Assembly (NCBI GenBank): GCA_964650285.1 | Contig: CAZYSP010000003.1 | Coordinates: 6,364 to 70,363 of the forward strand | Length of the DNA stretch: 64,000 bases | Direction of reading: 5' to 3' | Source: an uncultured Methanosarcinales archaeon | GTDB taxonomy: Archaea; Nanobdellota; Nanobdellia; Woesearchaeales; GW2011-AR4 | In this document: positions 40,228 to 50,018 of the stretch, piece by piece | Numbering within the stretch: the first letter of the stretch is position 1 | Layout of the letters: every line of letters begins with the position of its first letter | Notes under the pieces: generated by a model | Databases searched by the model: none | What the model saw: only the letters and a program-made list of their open reading frames with translations | What the model was told of the DNA's origin: nothing | Program-made: the position numbers and the translations under genes

Positions 40228-40859
40228 ATCTCAATGATTTTGCCCTTTTTTCCAACACTAATAACTTTGGTTTTGCCTATTTTTTCCTCTATGCCTTCTG
40301 CTTCATGAACATGGCTGCAAAGCAGTATATCCGGGCTGAATTTCTCAATTGCTTTTCTAACACCTTTGCTTCCAGGGAAAAATTTTGTAAACTTTTCCAT
40401 TTTAGTGTCAGCAGGATGCACATGCGTTGCCATTATTTTTTTATGTAGATACTTAATTTTGTCAAAGCCCTTTTTTAACAGACCATAAATTTCATCCTCA
40501 TCCAATTGAAATAAACCAATATTTGCTCCTCCACATCCAAAAAATCCCACATCCTTGTACTTAACAGAATAGCCATGCAGGCTTTTTACACCATAAAGCT
40601 CAGACAGAAAATCTGTGGTAGCAACAGTTTCATGATTTCCTGGTATAAGCAGTATTTTTTCCTTTCTCTTTGCAAATGGGCCTATTAGATTCTCTGTACT
40701 TTGGTCTGCCATTGTAATATCTCCACACAAAACAACCAAATCAACATGCTCCTTCTTAGCTTTTTCAGCCAGTTTTTCAGCCAAACCTGTATCTCCATGT
40801 ATGTCAGCAGCTGCCAAAATCCTGAGTTTCTCGTGTTTCTTTTCTTCTTTGGTTTTCAT
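40224..40859 (-). CDS. calcineurin-like metallophosphoesterase
   Basis: AADIHGD, GNHE, HVH motifs. Confidence 0.7.
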   Translation of the reverse strand: MKTKEEKKHEKLRILAAADIHGDTGLAEKLAEKAKKEHVDLVVLCGDITMADQSTENLIGPFAKRKEKILLIPGNHETVATTDFLSELYGVKSLHGYSVKYKDVGFFGCGGANIGLFQLDEDEIYGLLKKGFDKIKYLHKKIMATHVHPADTKMEKFTKFFPGSKGVRKAIEKFSPDILLCSHVHEAEGIEEKIGKTKVISVGKKGKIIEI

Positions 40860-40899
40860 TGTAATAAGTATAAGAAATAGGATTTAAAAAGGTTTGGTA

Positions 40900-42615
40900 T
40901 CATTTCTCATGTCTTGGATGTTCATGACCTGCCTCTTTTCTCTTTCTTAGGTGTTCAATATGAGCAATCTTTTCTTTCAGAAATTTATTAAGATTTAATC
41001 CGTGCTCTTCAATCATTGTGGATACATGGTGCCCGCCTAAAAAATGAGGCATAAGCACATAAGTTGCGCCTGCATCATACAACTTCATTGCTTCATCAAT
41101 CTGATGAGAAACAACTGTTATAATTGCTTTTTTATTGGATTCCCTGACCTTGTTAATCAATAAAAGATTTGTATCTAAGTTATGTATTGTTGAGGCAACC
41201 ATTTTTATTTTTGAAAAGTTTAACTCATTTAGCAATTCAGAATCGCTTGCATCGCCGTACTTGCAATCAAAGCCCCCTTTTGCTAATTTTGTTATTGTTT
41301 CCGGATTATAATCTACAACAAGAAACTTCTTTTTTATTTTTTTAAAAGACTCTAGGATATCATAGCCAATTCTGTCATACCCAAAAAGAATAATATCGTA
41401 AGTTCCATCTTTATGGTGTTTATGTTCATCGACTTTTTCACCTTTTCTTTCAAATATTCCCAGATACCTTGATAAATGGGGGTATATCTTATTTGCATAA
41501 AGTATAAGGTAAGTAGAGCCAGCAATAGTTATTAAACCAATAATAGTCACGAGAGACAAGATATCAGTTGTCAGATGCCCTACTTTAACGCCTAATGCAA
41601 CAAGAATTAAAGAAAATTCACTTATCTGGGCTACGGTTAATCCTGCTAAAAAACTATTTCTTTTAGTATAGCCAAGCAAACCCATTAATACCATTACTAT
41701 TAGCGGATTCCCGATAAGTATAAATATTGAAAATATTATGATAGGAATTATATACTGGCTTATATTTGTAAATATCATTTGGGAACCCAGTAATATGAAA
41801 AACAAAATAATAAAAAAATCACGTAATGGTTTCATTTTAGAACCAATCTCATAGTGGTATGGGGATAAAGACAGAGTAATACCTGCTAATAGCGCTCCTG
41901 CTTCTATTGAAAAATTTAAATAATAAAAAAGAGAAGCTATTGCAAAACACCAGCCAATTGAAAATAATAATAAAAATTCTTGGGACTTAGCAATAGCCTT
42001 AGTTAGTTGCGGAAAAATATAAACACTTATTAGAAATAATAAAAGTAATACGCCCACACCTTTTAAAACAGTTTCAAGTGCTAAAGTAGTAAAATTTATT
42101 CCGGCTGGGATTGATGAGATGACCATCAAGATAACTATTACAATTAAATCCTGAATAATTAAAAAACCGATAGCAATCCTTCCATACAGGGTTTCTAGGT
42201 CTCCCTTATCTGATAAAAGTTTCATGATTATTATAGTGCTGCTGAATGTCAGAGCAATAGCAATATATATTGAAACTATCGTAGAAAAACCTAATAATTG
42301 ACCTATGAAAAACCCAACTAAAGAAGTGAATATAACCTGACCAACTCCAGTAACTAAAGAAACCTTGCCAACATCCTTTATTATTTTTGGATTCAAGTTT
42401 AATCCAACCATAAATAAAAGCAACACTATGCCTATCTGTGCAAAAGTTGCAATAGCATCTGTAGATTTAACTATATTGAGAAAATAAGGGCTTACTATAA
42501 TACCAGTTAGAATATAACCTATGATCAGTGGCTGTCTTAACAATCGCACTATTCCTGCAACAACAACTGCAATAAGGATAACAATGCTTAATTCAATAAA
42601 TATGCTTATAGCCAT
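40900..42615 (-). CDS. CPA2 monovalent cation:proton antiporter with C-terminal RCK/TrkA-N domain (KefB/KefC-like)
   Basis: About 12 transmembrane helices, then a Rossmann-like ILFGYDRIGYDI...VV domain. Confidence 0.8.
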   Translation of the reverse strand: MAISIFIELSIVILIAVVVAGIVRLLRQPLIIGYILTGIIVSPYFLNIVKSTDAIATFAQIGIVLLLFMVGLNLNPKIIKDVGKVSLVTGVGQVIFTSLVGFFIGQLLGFSTIVSIYIAIALTFSSTIIIMKLLSDKGDLETLYGRIAIGFLIIQDLIVIVILMVISSIPAGINFTTLALETVLKGVGVLLLLFLISVYIFPQLTKAIAKSQEFLLLFSIGWCFAIASLFYYLNFSIEAGALLAGITLSLSPYHYEIGSKMKPLRDFFIILFFILLGSQMIFTNISQYIIPIIIFSIFILIGNPLIVMVLMGLLGYTKRNSFLAGLTVAQISEFSLILVALGVKVGHLTTDILSLVTIIGLITIAGSTYLILYANKIYPHLSRYLGIFERKGEKVDEHKHHKDGTYDIILFGYDRIGYDILESFKKIKKKFLVVDYNPETITKLAKGGFDCKYGDASDSELLNELNFSKIKMVASTIHNLDTNLLLINKVRESNKKAIITVVSHQIDEAMKLYDAGATYVLMPHFLGGHHVSTMIEEHGLNLNKFLKEKIAHIEHLRKRKEAGHEHPRHEK

Positions 42616-42696
42616 CTTTTACCTCTTTGTTAATATATCCCAATGCATAATATTTAATTTTTTCGGAAGGGTTTTTCATATTTATGGCACCTTTTA

Positions 42697-42843
42697 TTAC
42701 AATATTTCTATAGTTCCGGTTTCTTTTGGTTCTTTTTTGTTATTTTCAATTAATTTCAGCTCTATTATGTCGTTTTGCTTTAGTTGTTCAATTAATTCGT
42801 CTTTTGTTATTCTCATCAATAATGCCAAATCCTCTAGTTTCAT
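42697..42843 (-). CDS. 48-aa hypothetical protein overlapping the AbrB-like ORF by ATGA
   Basis: MKLEDLALLMRITKDELIEQLKQNDIIELKLIENNKKEPKETGTIEIL. Its start overlaps the upstream stop in ATGA (translational coupling). Confidence 0.3.
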   Translation of the reverse strand: MKLEDLALLMRITKDELIEQLKQNDIIELKLIENNKKEPKETGTIEIL

Positions 42844-42992
42844 TTATTCACCTTCTTTATTTGGAGTATAAAGCCATCTTTGTGCTTCTTGAATTCAACT
42901 TCTGTACCTTTTTCCAGGCCTTCATACTCTGCAAGAATCTTAGGAATAGTTAATACAAGCTGTCCTGATGCAAGTTTTTGCACTTTTACCAT
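42840..42992 (-). CDS. SpoVT/AbrB (MazE/VapB-like) swapped-hairpin DNA-binding protein, 50 aa (not in ORF track)
   Basis: MVKVQKLASGQLVLTIPKILAEYEGLEKGTEVEFKKHKDGFILQIKKVNK matches the AbrB/MazE pattern. Confidence 0.5.
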   Translation of the reverse strand: MVKVQKLASGQLVLTIPKILAEYEGLEKGTEVEFKKHKDGFILQIKKVNK

Positions 42993-43175
42993 TTGAGACT
43001 ATATAATAGTATTTTTAATAGTTTTTTTATTGTTTTTTATATTATTTAGAATAATAGTATTTAAATGTTTTGGTTATAAATGAAAATAATGGTGTATGTT
43101 AAGAGTATTTTGTTAGATAGGTATTGTCCTAAAAAGAATTATTTTCCTGAACAAAATATCAAAAAATAGAATAAT

Positions 43176-43976
43176 TTATTTACTCAAAACACTTTTAATC
43201 TCCCAAACCATATCAGAAGCAAGGTAAGTAAATCCTTTTTTCTTTTTCAGCAGTATATCTCCAATTAGTCCATTGAAATAATCTGCATTTACTGCAGATT
43301 GTAATAAAGATAAACCCTGTCCTAAGAATCCAACACATAAGCCAGCTAAAACATCACCAGTTCCGGCTTTTGACATGCCAGGATTGCCTGTTTTGTTATA
43401 ATATGTTTTAGAAGTTGATATTATCTGATCAATAGGGCCTTTTAATATTAAGATGTTATTTTTTAGATGTTTTCTAAAATTGTTTTTGTTTAATTTTGAA
43501 TTTTTCAATAAAATGTTAAATTCTCCATGATGGGGCGTAAGTATTGAATTTTTAACGTCCTGTAGCCTTATATGCTTTAATGCGTCCGCATCAATAACCA
43601 ATGGTTTTCTTGTTTCTTTAACATATTTTTTTACAAAAGATTTAGCATGTATTCCTATTCCGTTGCCAATCAAAATAGAATCAAAGTTTTTTTCGAATTT
43701 TAAAACGTCTTTTGCATGAGAAACGCAAAAATCATCCCCTTTGTATTTTTTAACAACTAAATCTGCTGCTAAACAATTAATAGCCCATCCTACTTTTTCA
43801 GGTGCAGCAACAGTAACCCAATCTACTCCAGACCTTAAAGCAGCTAAACCAGCAAGAGCAACTGCCCCAACATAGTCTTTAGAGCCTCCAATAACTAAAA
43901 CGCGGCCATTGTCTCCCTTTTTGCTGCCCTTTTTTCTTTTTGGCAGCTTAATGTCCTTTTTTGATATGTAGTGCAT
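43176..43976 (-). CDS. nnrD: ADP-dependent NAD(P)H-hydrate dehydratase (YjeF C-terminal domain)
   Basis: GGSKDYVGA...GTGDVLAG carbohydrate-kinase-fold motifs. Confidence 0.75.
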   Translation of the reverse strand: MHYISKKDIKLPKRKKGSKKGDNGRVLVIGGSKDYVGAVALAGLAALRSGVDWVTVAAPEKVGWAINCLAADLVVKKYKGDDFCVSHAKDVLKFEKNFDSILIGNGIGIHAKSFVKKYVKETRKPLVIDADALKHIRLQDVKNSILTPHHGEFNILLKNSKLNKNNFRKHLKNNILILKGPIDQIISTSKTYYNKTGNPGMSKAGTGDVLAGLCVGFLGQGLSLLQSAVNADYFNGLIGDILLKKKKGFTYLASDMVWEIKSVLSK

Positions 43977-44095
43977 TTTATTATTAATTATTTTTTTGAT
44001 TTTTATTATTTTTTGTTGGTTTTTTTATTATTGAAATTATTATTTTTATAAATAAATTTTCATTGTATTATTTTTTATTAAACTTTTTTATTGTT

Positions 44096-44695
44096 TTATT
44101 TCTTAATCCCAATATCCGCAACAATAGTTTTACCTTTATAACTTTCTAAACCCTTTTTTATGTCGTGCATTGTTATTATTAAATCCGGATCAAAAAATAC
44201 ATTTGCCTTTTCCCCGGTATCAGGATTTATTCCTGAAGGAACATCAACAGAAACTTTATAGGCGTCTGATTTTCCGATATTTTTTATTAGTGTAACTAAA
44301 GGATCTTTTATTTCTCCTTCTATGCCTGTGCCAAAAACAGCATCTATAATAACATCATAATCAGAAAAATCAACTGCTTCCATTGATAGCATTTGAAGTT
44401 TTTCATTATTTTCTATTTTTTTGAAATTCGCTAATGCTTCTTTTGTTAATTTTGTTTCATCACCTACAAACAAAACATCAACTTCTGCATCATTGCATAG
44501 GTATCTTGCAGCAACAAAACCATCACCGCCATTATTTCCATGATATGCAACAATAAGAATTCTTTTATCCTTTAAATCAAATTTTTCTTTTAAAACATTG
44601 TATATAGCTTTGCCTGCATTTTCCATTAAGACAATTTTTGGAATGTCGCAATTGTCTTCCAAAGACCTCATTTCCTGGGTTGTTATCATTCTCAT
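44096..44695 (-). CDS. nnrE: NAD(P)H-hydrate epimerase (YjeF N-terminal domain)
   Basis: GNNGGDG motif. Encoded separately, directly upstream of the dehydratase. Confidence 0.75.
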   Translation of the reverse strand: MRMITTQEMRSLEDNCDIPKIVLMENAGKAIYNVLKEKFDLKDKRILIVAYHGNNGGDGFVAARYLCNDAEVDVLFVGDETKLTKEALANFKKIENNEKLQMLSMEAVDFSDYDVIIDAVFGTGIEGEIKDPLVTLIKNIGKSDAYKVSVDVPSGINPDTGEKANVFFDPDLIITMHDIKKGLESYKGKTIVADIGIKK

Positions 44696-44745
44696 ATGCT
44701 TAGTGTTAATTTATTTATAAATTTTGATATTTTATTGACGAATAA

Positions 44746-45540
44746 TTAGCTTTGCTGCAAAAACTCATTAATCTTAACTTTAGCATCTCTGTTTTCATCA
44801 AATTTTTTAATTAACTCTTCTTTATTATCTATGTAACCAGACTGCTCAAGAAAATCAGTAAAATCTATTTTTTCAGAATTTTCAAATCTTTTAAGGAAGA
44901 AATCATATGGATAGTTCATAGCCGGCCTTAAAAGTTTCTTCTTCATTAAGACTACTATTGTTCTGTTAACCCATTCAGTTATATAGTCAAACTGAACTGC
45001 ATTTTCAAAAGATCCATCAGGAAACGCTTTTGAAAGAAATTTAACCATATCATTATAATTTTCTGGTATTATAGGCATTAATTTCTCCATAGCATCACAT
45101 GTCCCGAACATATTTTCCTTTTTTGGTTCTTCCCCTGTTTTAAGAAAAGGACCTCTGTTAAAGGGAAATAATCTGCATACATATGCTCTTTTTGTAGTAT
45201 ATACTAAACACTTCCTGTCCTTTAAAAAAGGGCATGCATCAGAATCCATAAAATAAGTTACAATAATTGTTTTATTTGTGCTCAAATCCAAAATTGCTCT
45301 TGAGGGTTTGATTTTTGCATCTACATTCACTTCCTGCTGCCATTTTCTAAACCGCTTAGCTTCCCAGTCCCATAAAGGAAAAGACATTTTTTCTATTGGA
45401 ACCAGTTGTACTAAAGGAAGCTTTCCATAAGCCATCTCTTTCATGAATTCTTTGTCTTCTTGAGGCATCATACCTCTTATATGGCTACAGCAACTTCCGC
45501 ACTGGTTGCATTTAAAGGTTTTTTCCTGCTCTAGTTTCAT
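44746..45540 (-). CDS. YkgJ-family putative zinc/iron-chelating protein
   Basis: CNQCGSCC near the N-terminus plus CPFL..KC..C downstream. Confidence 0.55.
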   Translation of the reverse strand: MKLEQEKTFKCNQCGSCCSHIRGMMPQEDKEFMKEMAYGKLPLVQLVPIEKMSFPLWDWEAKRFRKWQQEVNVDAKIKPSRAILDLSTNKTIIVTYFMDSDACPFLKDRKCLVYTTKRAYVCRLFPFNRGPFLKTGEEPKKENMFGTCDAMEKLMPIIPENYNDMVKFLSKAFPDGSFENAVQFDYITEWVNRTIVVLMKKKLLRPAMNYPYDFFLKRFENSEKIDFTDFLEQSGYIDNKEELIKKFDENRDAKVKINEFLQQS

Positions 45541-45618
45541 TTTTTTTATTTGAATATCTTTATATTAATTTTAAAAATTTATTTGACAAATATTGAATAA
45601 TTAATTAATGGAAAAATT

Positions 45619-46449
45619 TTATTGAAAACTAAATGTACCAGCAGGCAAAGCCCTTATTATCTCATCAATATCCAAATTTCCACCTAACTTGTAGCTTATT
45701 TTCTTTGCAATGCTGCTTACTTTTTCATTTCCCTGCTTTAGTATAATATATTTTTTACAGTTCTTTTTTATTGCTTCTACCGGACCGGACATGATTGCAT
45801 TCTCTTTTGTAATCCCAACAGCTAAATTTACTTTGTTTTCTATGTAGTTAGTTTTTCCATAAATCATAAAGGCTCCTTTTCCCATGTATTCCCCTGCTTT
45901 GGTTTTTTTGCTTACCTGTTCTGGTTTAACATAGAAAACATCTGATGTCTGCAAACCTAATTTCCATGTCTTTGAGAATGTGCATACTGCATCAGCAGAT
46001 TCCTTAATTGTTGATTCAGGAATTTTTTTACCTTTTGATTTAATCACAAAGAAAGGGCTTCCTGCCATATCTGTATGCAAAACTAAGTCATTTTCATCTG
46101 TATGCTTCTTGATTGCAATTTCATTAGAAGTAGCATCTCTTCCACCTAAAACAAGAAAACCATCAGAGCTTGTGAACCATCTGAATTTTTCATACCATTC
46201 TTTTTTTCTTTCTTTTGCTTTGCTTTTTTGCTCTTCTTCTGCAGATAATTTCTCTTTTTTTGCTTCTAGCTCTTTTAACTTTTTCAGACTTTTTTGTAAA
46301 GCCTCTTCTGCACCCTTTATCTTCTTCTTTATCTTCTTGGCCTTCTCAAAATAATCAGACGCATTCTCTTCTATTGATTTCTTCAGATCCAGAACTAATC
46401 TTGCCATTAAAAGCATAATTAATGAGAAGATTTTATAAATTTTTTCCAA
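45619..46449 (-). CDS. NFACT-R (DUF814) RNA-binding domain protein with N-terminal coiled coil
   Basis: FTSSDGFLVLGGRDATSNEIAIKKH...LHTDMAGSPFFVIK. Confidence 0.5.
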   Translation of the reverse strand: MEKIYKIFSLIMLLMARLVLDLKKSIEENASDYFEKAKKIKKKIKGAEEALQKSLKKLKELEAKKEKLSAEEEQKSKAKERKKEWYEKFRWFTSSDGFLVLGGRDATSNEIAIKKHTDENDLVLHTDMAGSPFFVIKSKGKKIPESTIKESADAVCTFSKTWKLGLQTSDVFYVKPEQVSKKTKAGEYMGKGAFMIYGKTNYIENKVNLAVGITKENAIMSGPVEAIKKNCKKYIILKQGNEKVSSIAKKISYKLGGNLDIDEIIRALPAGTFSFQ

Positions 46450-46510
46450 AATCTTAAATTTCCGAATAAAAACAACAATATTTATAAAAGCTAAATCTTA
46501 GGAAAATAAT

Positions 46511-47239
46511 ATGCCAGAACAACAAGTGCCGCAACAGCAGATGAGTGGGGAGCAAATTAAGGCTCTGCAGGAGAAAATTAAGCAGATGTCTCCTGAGGAG
46601 CTTAAAGAATTTCAGAAAAAGCAATGCATTTTCTGCCAGATTGTTTCTGGAAAAGTTCAGTCAAAAAAGGTTTATGAGGATGATGATGTGATTGCAGTTC
46701 TTGATGTAAATCCAGCAAATCCAGGACATATTCTTATCATGCCTAAAGAGCATTATTCTATAATGCCACAAATACCTTATGAGGATATAGAGCATATTTT
46801 CATGGTTACTAAAGCCTTATCTAATGCTTCATTAAGAGCCTTGGGGGTACAAGGTTCTAATATTATTGTGGCTAATGGTGTTGCTGCTGGACAAAGAGCT
46901 CAACACTTCATGGTGCATTTAATCCCCAGGAAAGAAAATGACAATATACAATTTCAGGTTCCGCAAAAAACCATTCCAGAGCAGGAACTGCAAAAGGTAA
47001 GAAAAGCATTATCTGAAAGCTTAGGAGCAAAAGCAGAAGAATCTGAAGAAAAAATGACTGCTGTTCCATTAATACGAAAACAGAAGGTTGTAGAAGCAGA
47101 ATTCAAAGAAAAAAAAGAGCCAAGAAAAAGAGCCAAGAAAAAAGAAGTAAAAAAAGAAACTAAAACAAAAGGCAAGCAAAAGAAAGCTAATGAAGGTATA
47201 AATCTTGACGATATAGCAAAAGTTTTAGGACCGGGATAA
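46511..47239 (+). CDS. HIT-like protein with degenerate histidine triad (H-x-M-x-H) and K/E-rich tail
   Basis: CIFCQIV N-terminus typical of Hint. Triad region reads AQHFMVHLIP where HxHxH is expected. Confidence 0.6.
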   Translation: MPEQQVPQQQMSGEQIKALQEKIKQMSPEELKEFQKKQCIFCQIVSGKVQSKKVYEDDDVIAVLDVNPANPGHILIMPKEHYSIMPQIPYEDIEHIFMVTKALSNASLRALGVQGSNIIVANGVAAGQRAQHFMVHLIPRKENDNIQFQVPQKTIPEQELQKVRKALSESLGAKAEESEEKMTAVPLIRKQKVVEAEFKEKKEPRKRAKKKEVKKETKTKGKQKKANEGINLDDIAKVLGPG

Positions 47240-47242
47240 AAA

Positions 47243-47791
47243 ATGAAAACAAGGGAAAGCTGTTTGATATGCCAGATTGTAGGGAATAAAGTTCCATCCT
47301 ATAAAGTATATGAAGATGACTTAATCTTAGCAGTTGTAGATGTAAATGGAGCTAACCCCGGGCATTGTTTTGTGATTCCAAAAAACCATTATCCTATTAT
47401 TGAGCAAGTGCCTGACCAAGAGCTTGCAAATCTTTTTTCAGTTGCGAATAAAATTTCTTCTGCTATATTTGAAAATCTAAAAGTGCAGGGAACAAATATA
47501 TTTGTTGCTAACGGAATTCCAGCTGGCCAGACTGTAGCGCATTTTATGATTAATGTTATACCAAGAAAAGAGAATGATGGTATTAACCTGCAATGGAAAG
47601 CAAAGCAATTAAGCCAGGAAGAGATGTCCACTGTTGAGCTTAAGCTTAAAGAGCAAATACAGAATGTGGGTGTAGGAAAAATTGAAAAAACAGAGAAGCC
47701 AGAAACAGCTGCTGAGAAAGCAAAAATACCGCCAATATCAGATGATGACGAAGATGATTATTTTATGAGGCAAACAAAAAGAATACCTTAA
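47243..47791 (+). CDS. HIT-like paralogue with degenerate triad (H-x-M-x-N)
   Basis: CLICQIV N-terminus. Triad region VAHFMINVIP. Starts 4 bp after the previous gene. Confidence 0.6.
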   Translation: MKTRESCLICQIVGNKVPSYKVYEDDLILAVVDVNGANPGHCFVIPKNHYPIIEQVPDQELANLFSVANKISSAIFENLKVQGTNIFVANGIPAGQTVAHFMINVIPRKENDGINLQWKAKQLSQEEMSTVELKLKEQIQNVGVGKIEKTEKPETAAEKAKIPPISDDDEDDYFMRQTKRIP

Positions 47792-48693
47792 AGCATAAAA
47801 AACACCAGATTACCGTAAATCAAGGTGACAATATAGGCAATAAAAAAGCTCGGGACAAAAGGAATTCCTTCTTTAATTAATATTTTCTTGACTTTTCCTT
47901 TTTTATACAAGGCTGTTAGCTTATTGATTTTCTTTTTCTCAATTCCCAGGTCCTTTGGCCCAGTGATATATTTTCCATTTATTTTAACATCTTTGGCAAT
48001 CCAGTCTCCTTCTGTAAGCTGTTTGGGTGTAACATATTTGAGCATGCATGCATTTTCAACTGCTTTTATCGCAACCCAGAGATAAAATGTAATTATTGAT
48101 ATAAGCGCAAGGTAAAGAATCATTAACCTAACAAATTTATCAGGAACTAAAATAGCAAGCAAAACCAGAATTATAAATAAAACCAAAAGAAATTTTTTTG
48201 CTAACTTTGTTTTTTTACTGTTGATAGATTTTTTAAAGTTTCTGGAGAATTTCTTCTTATTCTTGAAAATATAAAAAATGCTCCACAAAATTCCATATAA
48301 GGCTCCCACAAGCAAAGCATTTATTAAAAAGTGTACAAGGAAAAAATTATTTGAAAAAATATCTATCCCTATTACAGCTCCAAGGCCCATAAGAATCTTA
48401 CTGTCACCACCACCCCACTGACCTGTGTAGAACATTATCCATGCCAGGGCAAAGAAAACTGCAAATCCTACAACACTTGCTATAATAAAATTTATTTTAA
48501 AAAAAATAATGGAAAATAACAAATTAACGCCAAAACCTATGCCTATTAAGCCAAAATTAACCCAGTCTGGGACTTCTCTTGTCTTTAGGTCTGTATATGA
48601 TGCGATTAATAGGACAAGAAATGCTATTGCATATGGGATGATTATATTTAAGGGCGCATCTATGATTTGATGAATAAGATTATCAATCACCAT
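47788..48693 (-). CDS. A24-family archaeal prepilin/preflagellin peptidase (PibD/FlaK-like)
   Basis: Polytopic membrane protein with YTDLKTREVPD and GQWGGGDSK (GxGD) aspartyl-protease motifs. Confidence 0.65.
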   Translation of the reverse strand: MVIDNLIHQIIDAPLNIIIPYAIAFLVLLIASYTDLKTREVPDWVNFGLIGIGFGVNLLFSIIFFKINFIIASVVGFAVFFALAWIMFYTGQWGGGDSKILMGLGAVIGIDIFSNNFFLVHFLINALLVGALYGILWSIFYIFKNKKKFSRNFKKSINSKKTKLAKKFLLVLFIILVLLAILVPDKFVRLMILYLALISIITFYLWVAIKAVENACMLKYVTPKQLTEGDWIAKDVKINGKYITGPKDLGIEKKKINKLTALYKKGKVKKILIKEGIPFVPSFFIAYIVTLIYGNLVFFML

Positions 48694-48725
48694 TTTAACG
48701 CTAAATTTTCACATTGTTTATTAGT

Positions 48726-49664
48726 TTATTGTTTAATCTTAACCAATGCTTTATCCTTTGCTTTATTCAGCTTATCCGCAAATTTGCAGGCATTGCACTT
48801 ATCCCTTGATGCCGGCTCTCCGCAATTCATGCAATAATTTACTGCTTCATCCTTAAATCTTTGCTTTAAGCCAGGAAGAACATGCAAAAAGGAATTTACA
48901 ATGGAATATTTTGTTCCAGGAAACTTCTGCTCAAAACCATTCATCATGTCCCTTACTTGCGCCCTGTAGCTTTTTGAAACATTGGGGCACTCCGCAAACT
49001 CATCCAATAGATTATTGACAAATGCATAAGTTGCCACTTCTTTTTCCATGCATAAATACAATGGCTTGATTCTCTGGACAAAATTTTTATTTATTTTTAC
49101 CCCGACTTTTGGGCCTAATCTGGCAGAAGCCTGTATGTTGTTCTTAAACTGGTTCATCATGATACTCTGGCACTCATCATCCAGATTATGTCCAGTTGCT
49201 AGTTTTGTAAGCCTTAGTTCTTTTGATTTTTTATTTAGAAGATAGCGCCTGAATATTCCGCATATTGTACATGGCTTTACATCAAGAACTTTTAACATAT
49301 TGTCCAAAGGCATTCCAAACTCTTCTTTGAAAGAATAAATATTTAATTTGATATTATGCTTATTGCAGAACTCTTTTGCAGTTATTAAGGATTTGTCCCT
49401 GTAATTTTTTATTCCTTCATCTATAGCTATTGCTTCTATTTTTATCTTAGGATTTCGCTTTGATAATTTATTCAAAATATATAATAATGTTAAAGAATCC
49501 TTGCCGCCAGAAATAGCAACACCCAGATTTTCTTGTTTTTCAATAAGACCAAATTTAGTTATAGTTTTGAATACTTTGTCCTCAAAATAGTTTATAAAAT
49601 GTTTTTTGCACAGCTTTTCTCCTGCCGGCAATTCAATTATCGGCTTTTCAATACAACACTTCAT
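48726..49664 (-). CDS. tRNA 2-thiolation PP-loop ATPase (NcsA/TtuA/Ctu1-like)
   Basis: SGGKDS PP-loop. N- and C-terminal CxxC zinc fingers (CMNCGEP...CNACK). Confidence 0.75.
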   Translation of the reverse strand: MKCCIEKPIIELPAGEKLCKKHFINYFEDKVFKTITKFGLIEKQENLGVAISGGKDSLTLLYILNKLSKRNPKIKIEAIAIDEGIKNYRDKSLITAKEFCNKHNIKLNIYSFKEEFGMPLDNMLKVLDVKPCTICGIFRRYLLNKKSKELRLTKLATGHNLDDECQSIMMNQFKNNIQASARLGPKVGVKINKNFVQRIKPLYLCMEKEVATYAFVNNLLDEFAECPNVSKSYRAQVRDMMNGFEQKFPGTKYSIVNSFLHVLPGLKQRFKDEAVNYCMNCGEPASRDKCNACKFADKLNKAKDKALVKIKQ

Positions 49665-49713
49665 TTTATTATTAATAATTATTATTTTTTAAATTTAATT
49701 TTTATTATTGTAA

Positions 49714-49971
49714 TTAACCTCCTGAAATAACAGATATTAGCCTTATATTATCTTTATCATTGAGTTTCTCGTCTTCTGTGACAACAGTATCATCTTTGCT
49801 TACTATTACTGTAACTGGATTTATTTTCATTTTATCTAATAGGTTTTTTACTAATGAATTGCCAGCTAACTCTATTGTTTTTTCTTTGTTTTCACGGTCA
49901 TAATATACATGTATCTCCATAGGAATGAAGAAACAAATATCAGTTTTTAAAGGTTTATATTGCTTAATCAA
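49714..49971 (-). CDS. ubiquitin-like sulfur-carrier protein (ThiS/MoaD/SAMP fold) ending in GG
   Basis: C-terminal ...IRLISVISGG. Lies immediately upstream of the thiolation ATPase on the same strand. True start may be the internal Met, giving 68 aa. Confidence 0.55.
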   Translation of the reverse strand: MIKQYKPLKTDICFFIPMEIHVYYDRENKEKTIELAGNSLVKNLLDKMKINPVTVIVSKDDTVVTEDEKLNDKDNIRLISVISGG

Positions 49972-50018
49972 ATGCTAAAACCAAAAAGCTTATAAAGTAC
50001 ATATGAATTATTATTCAT

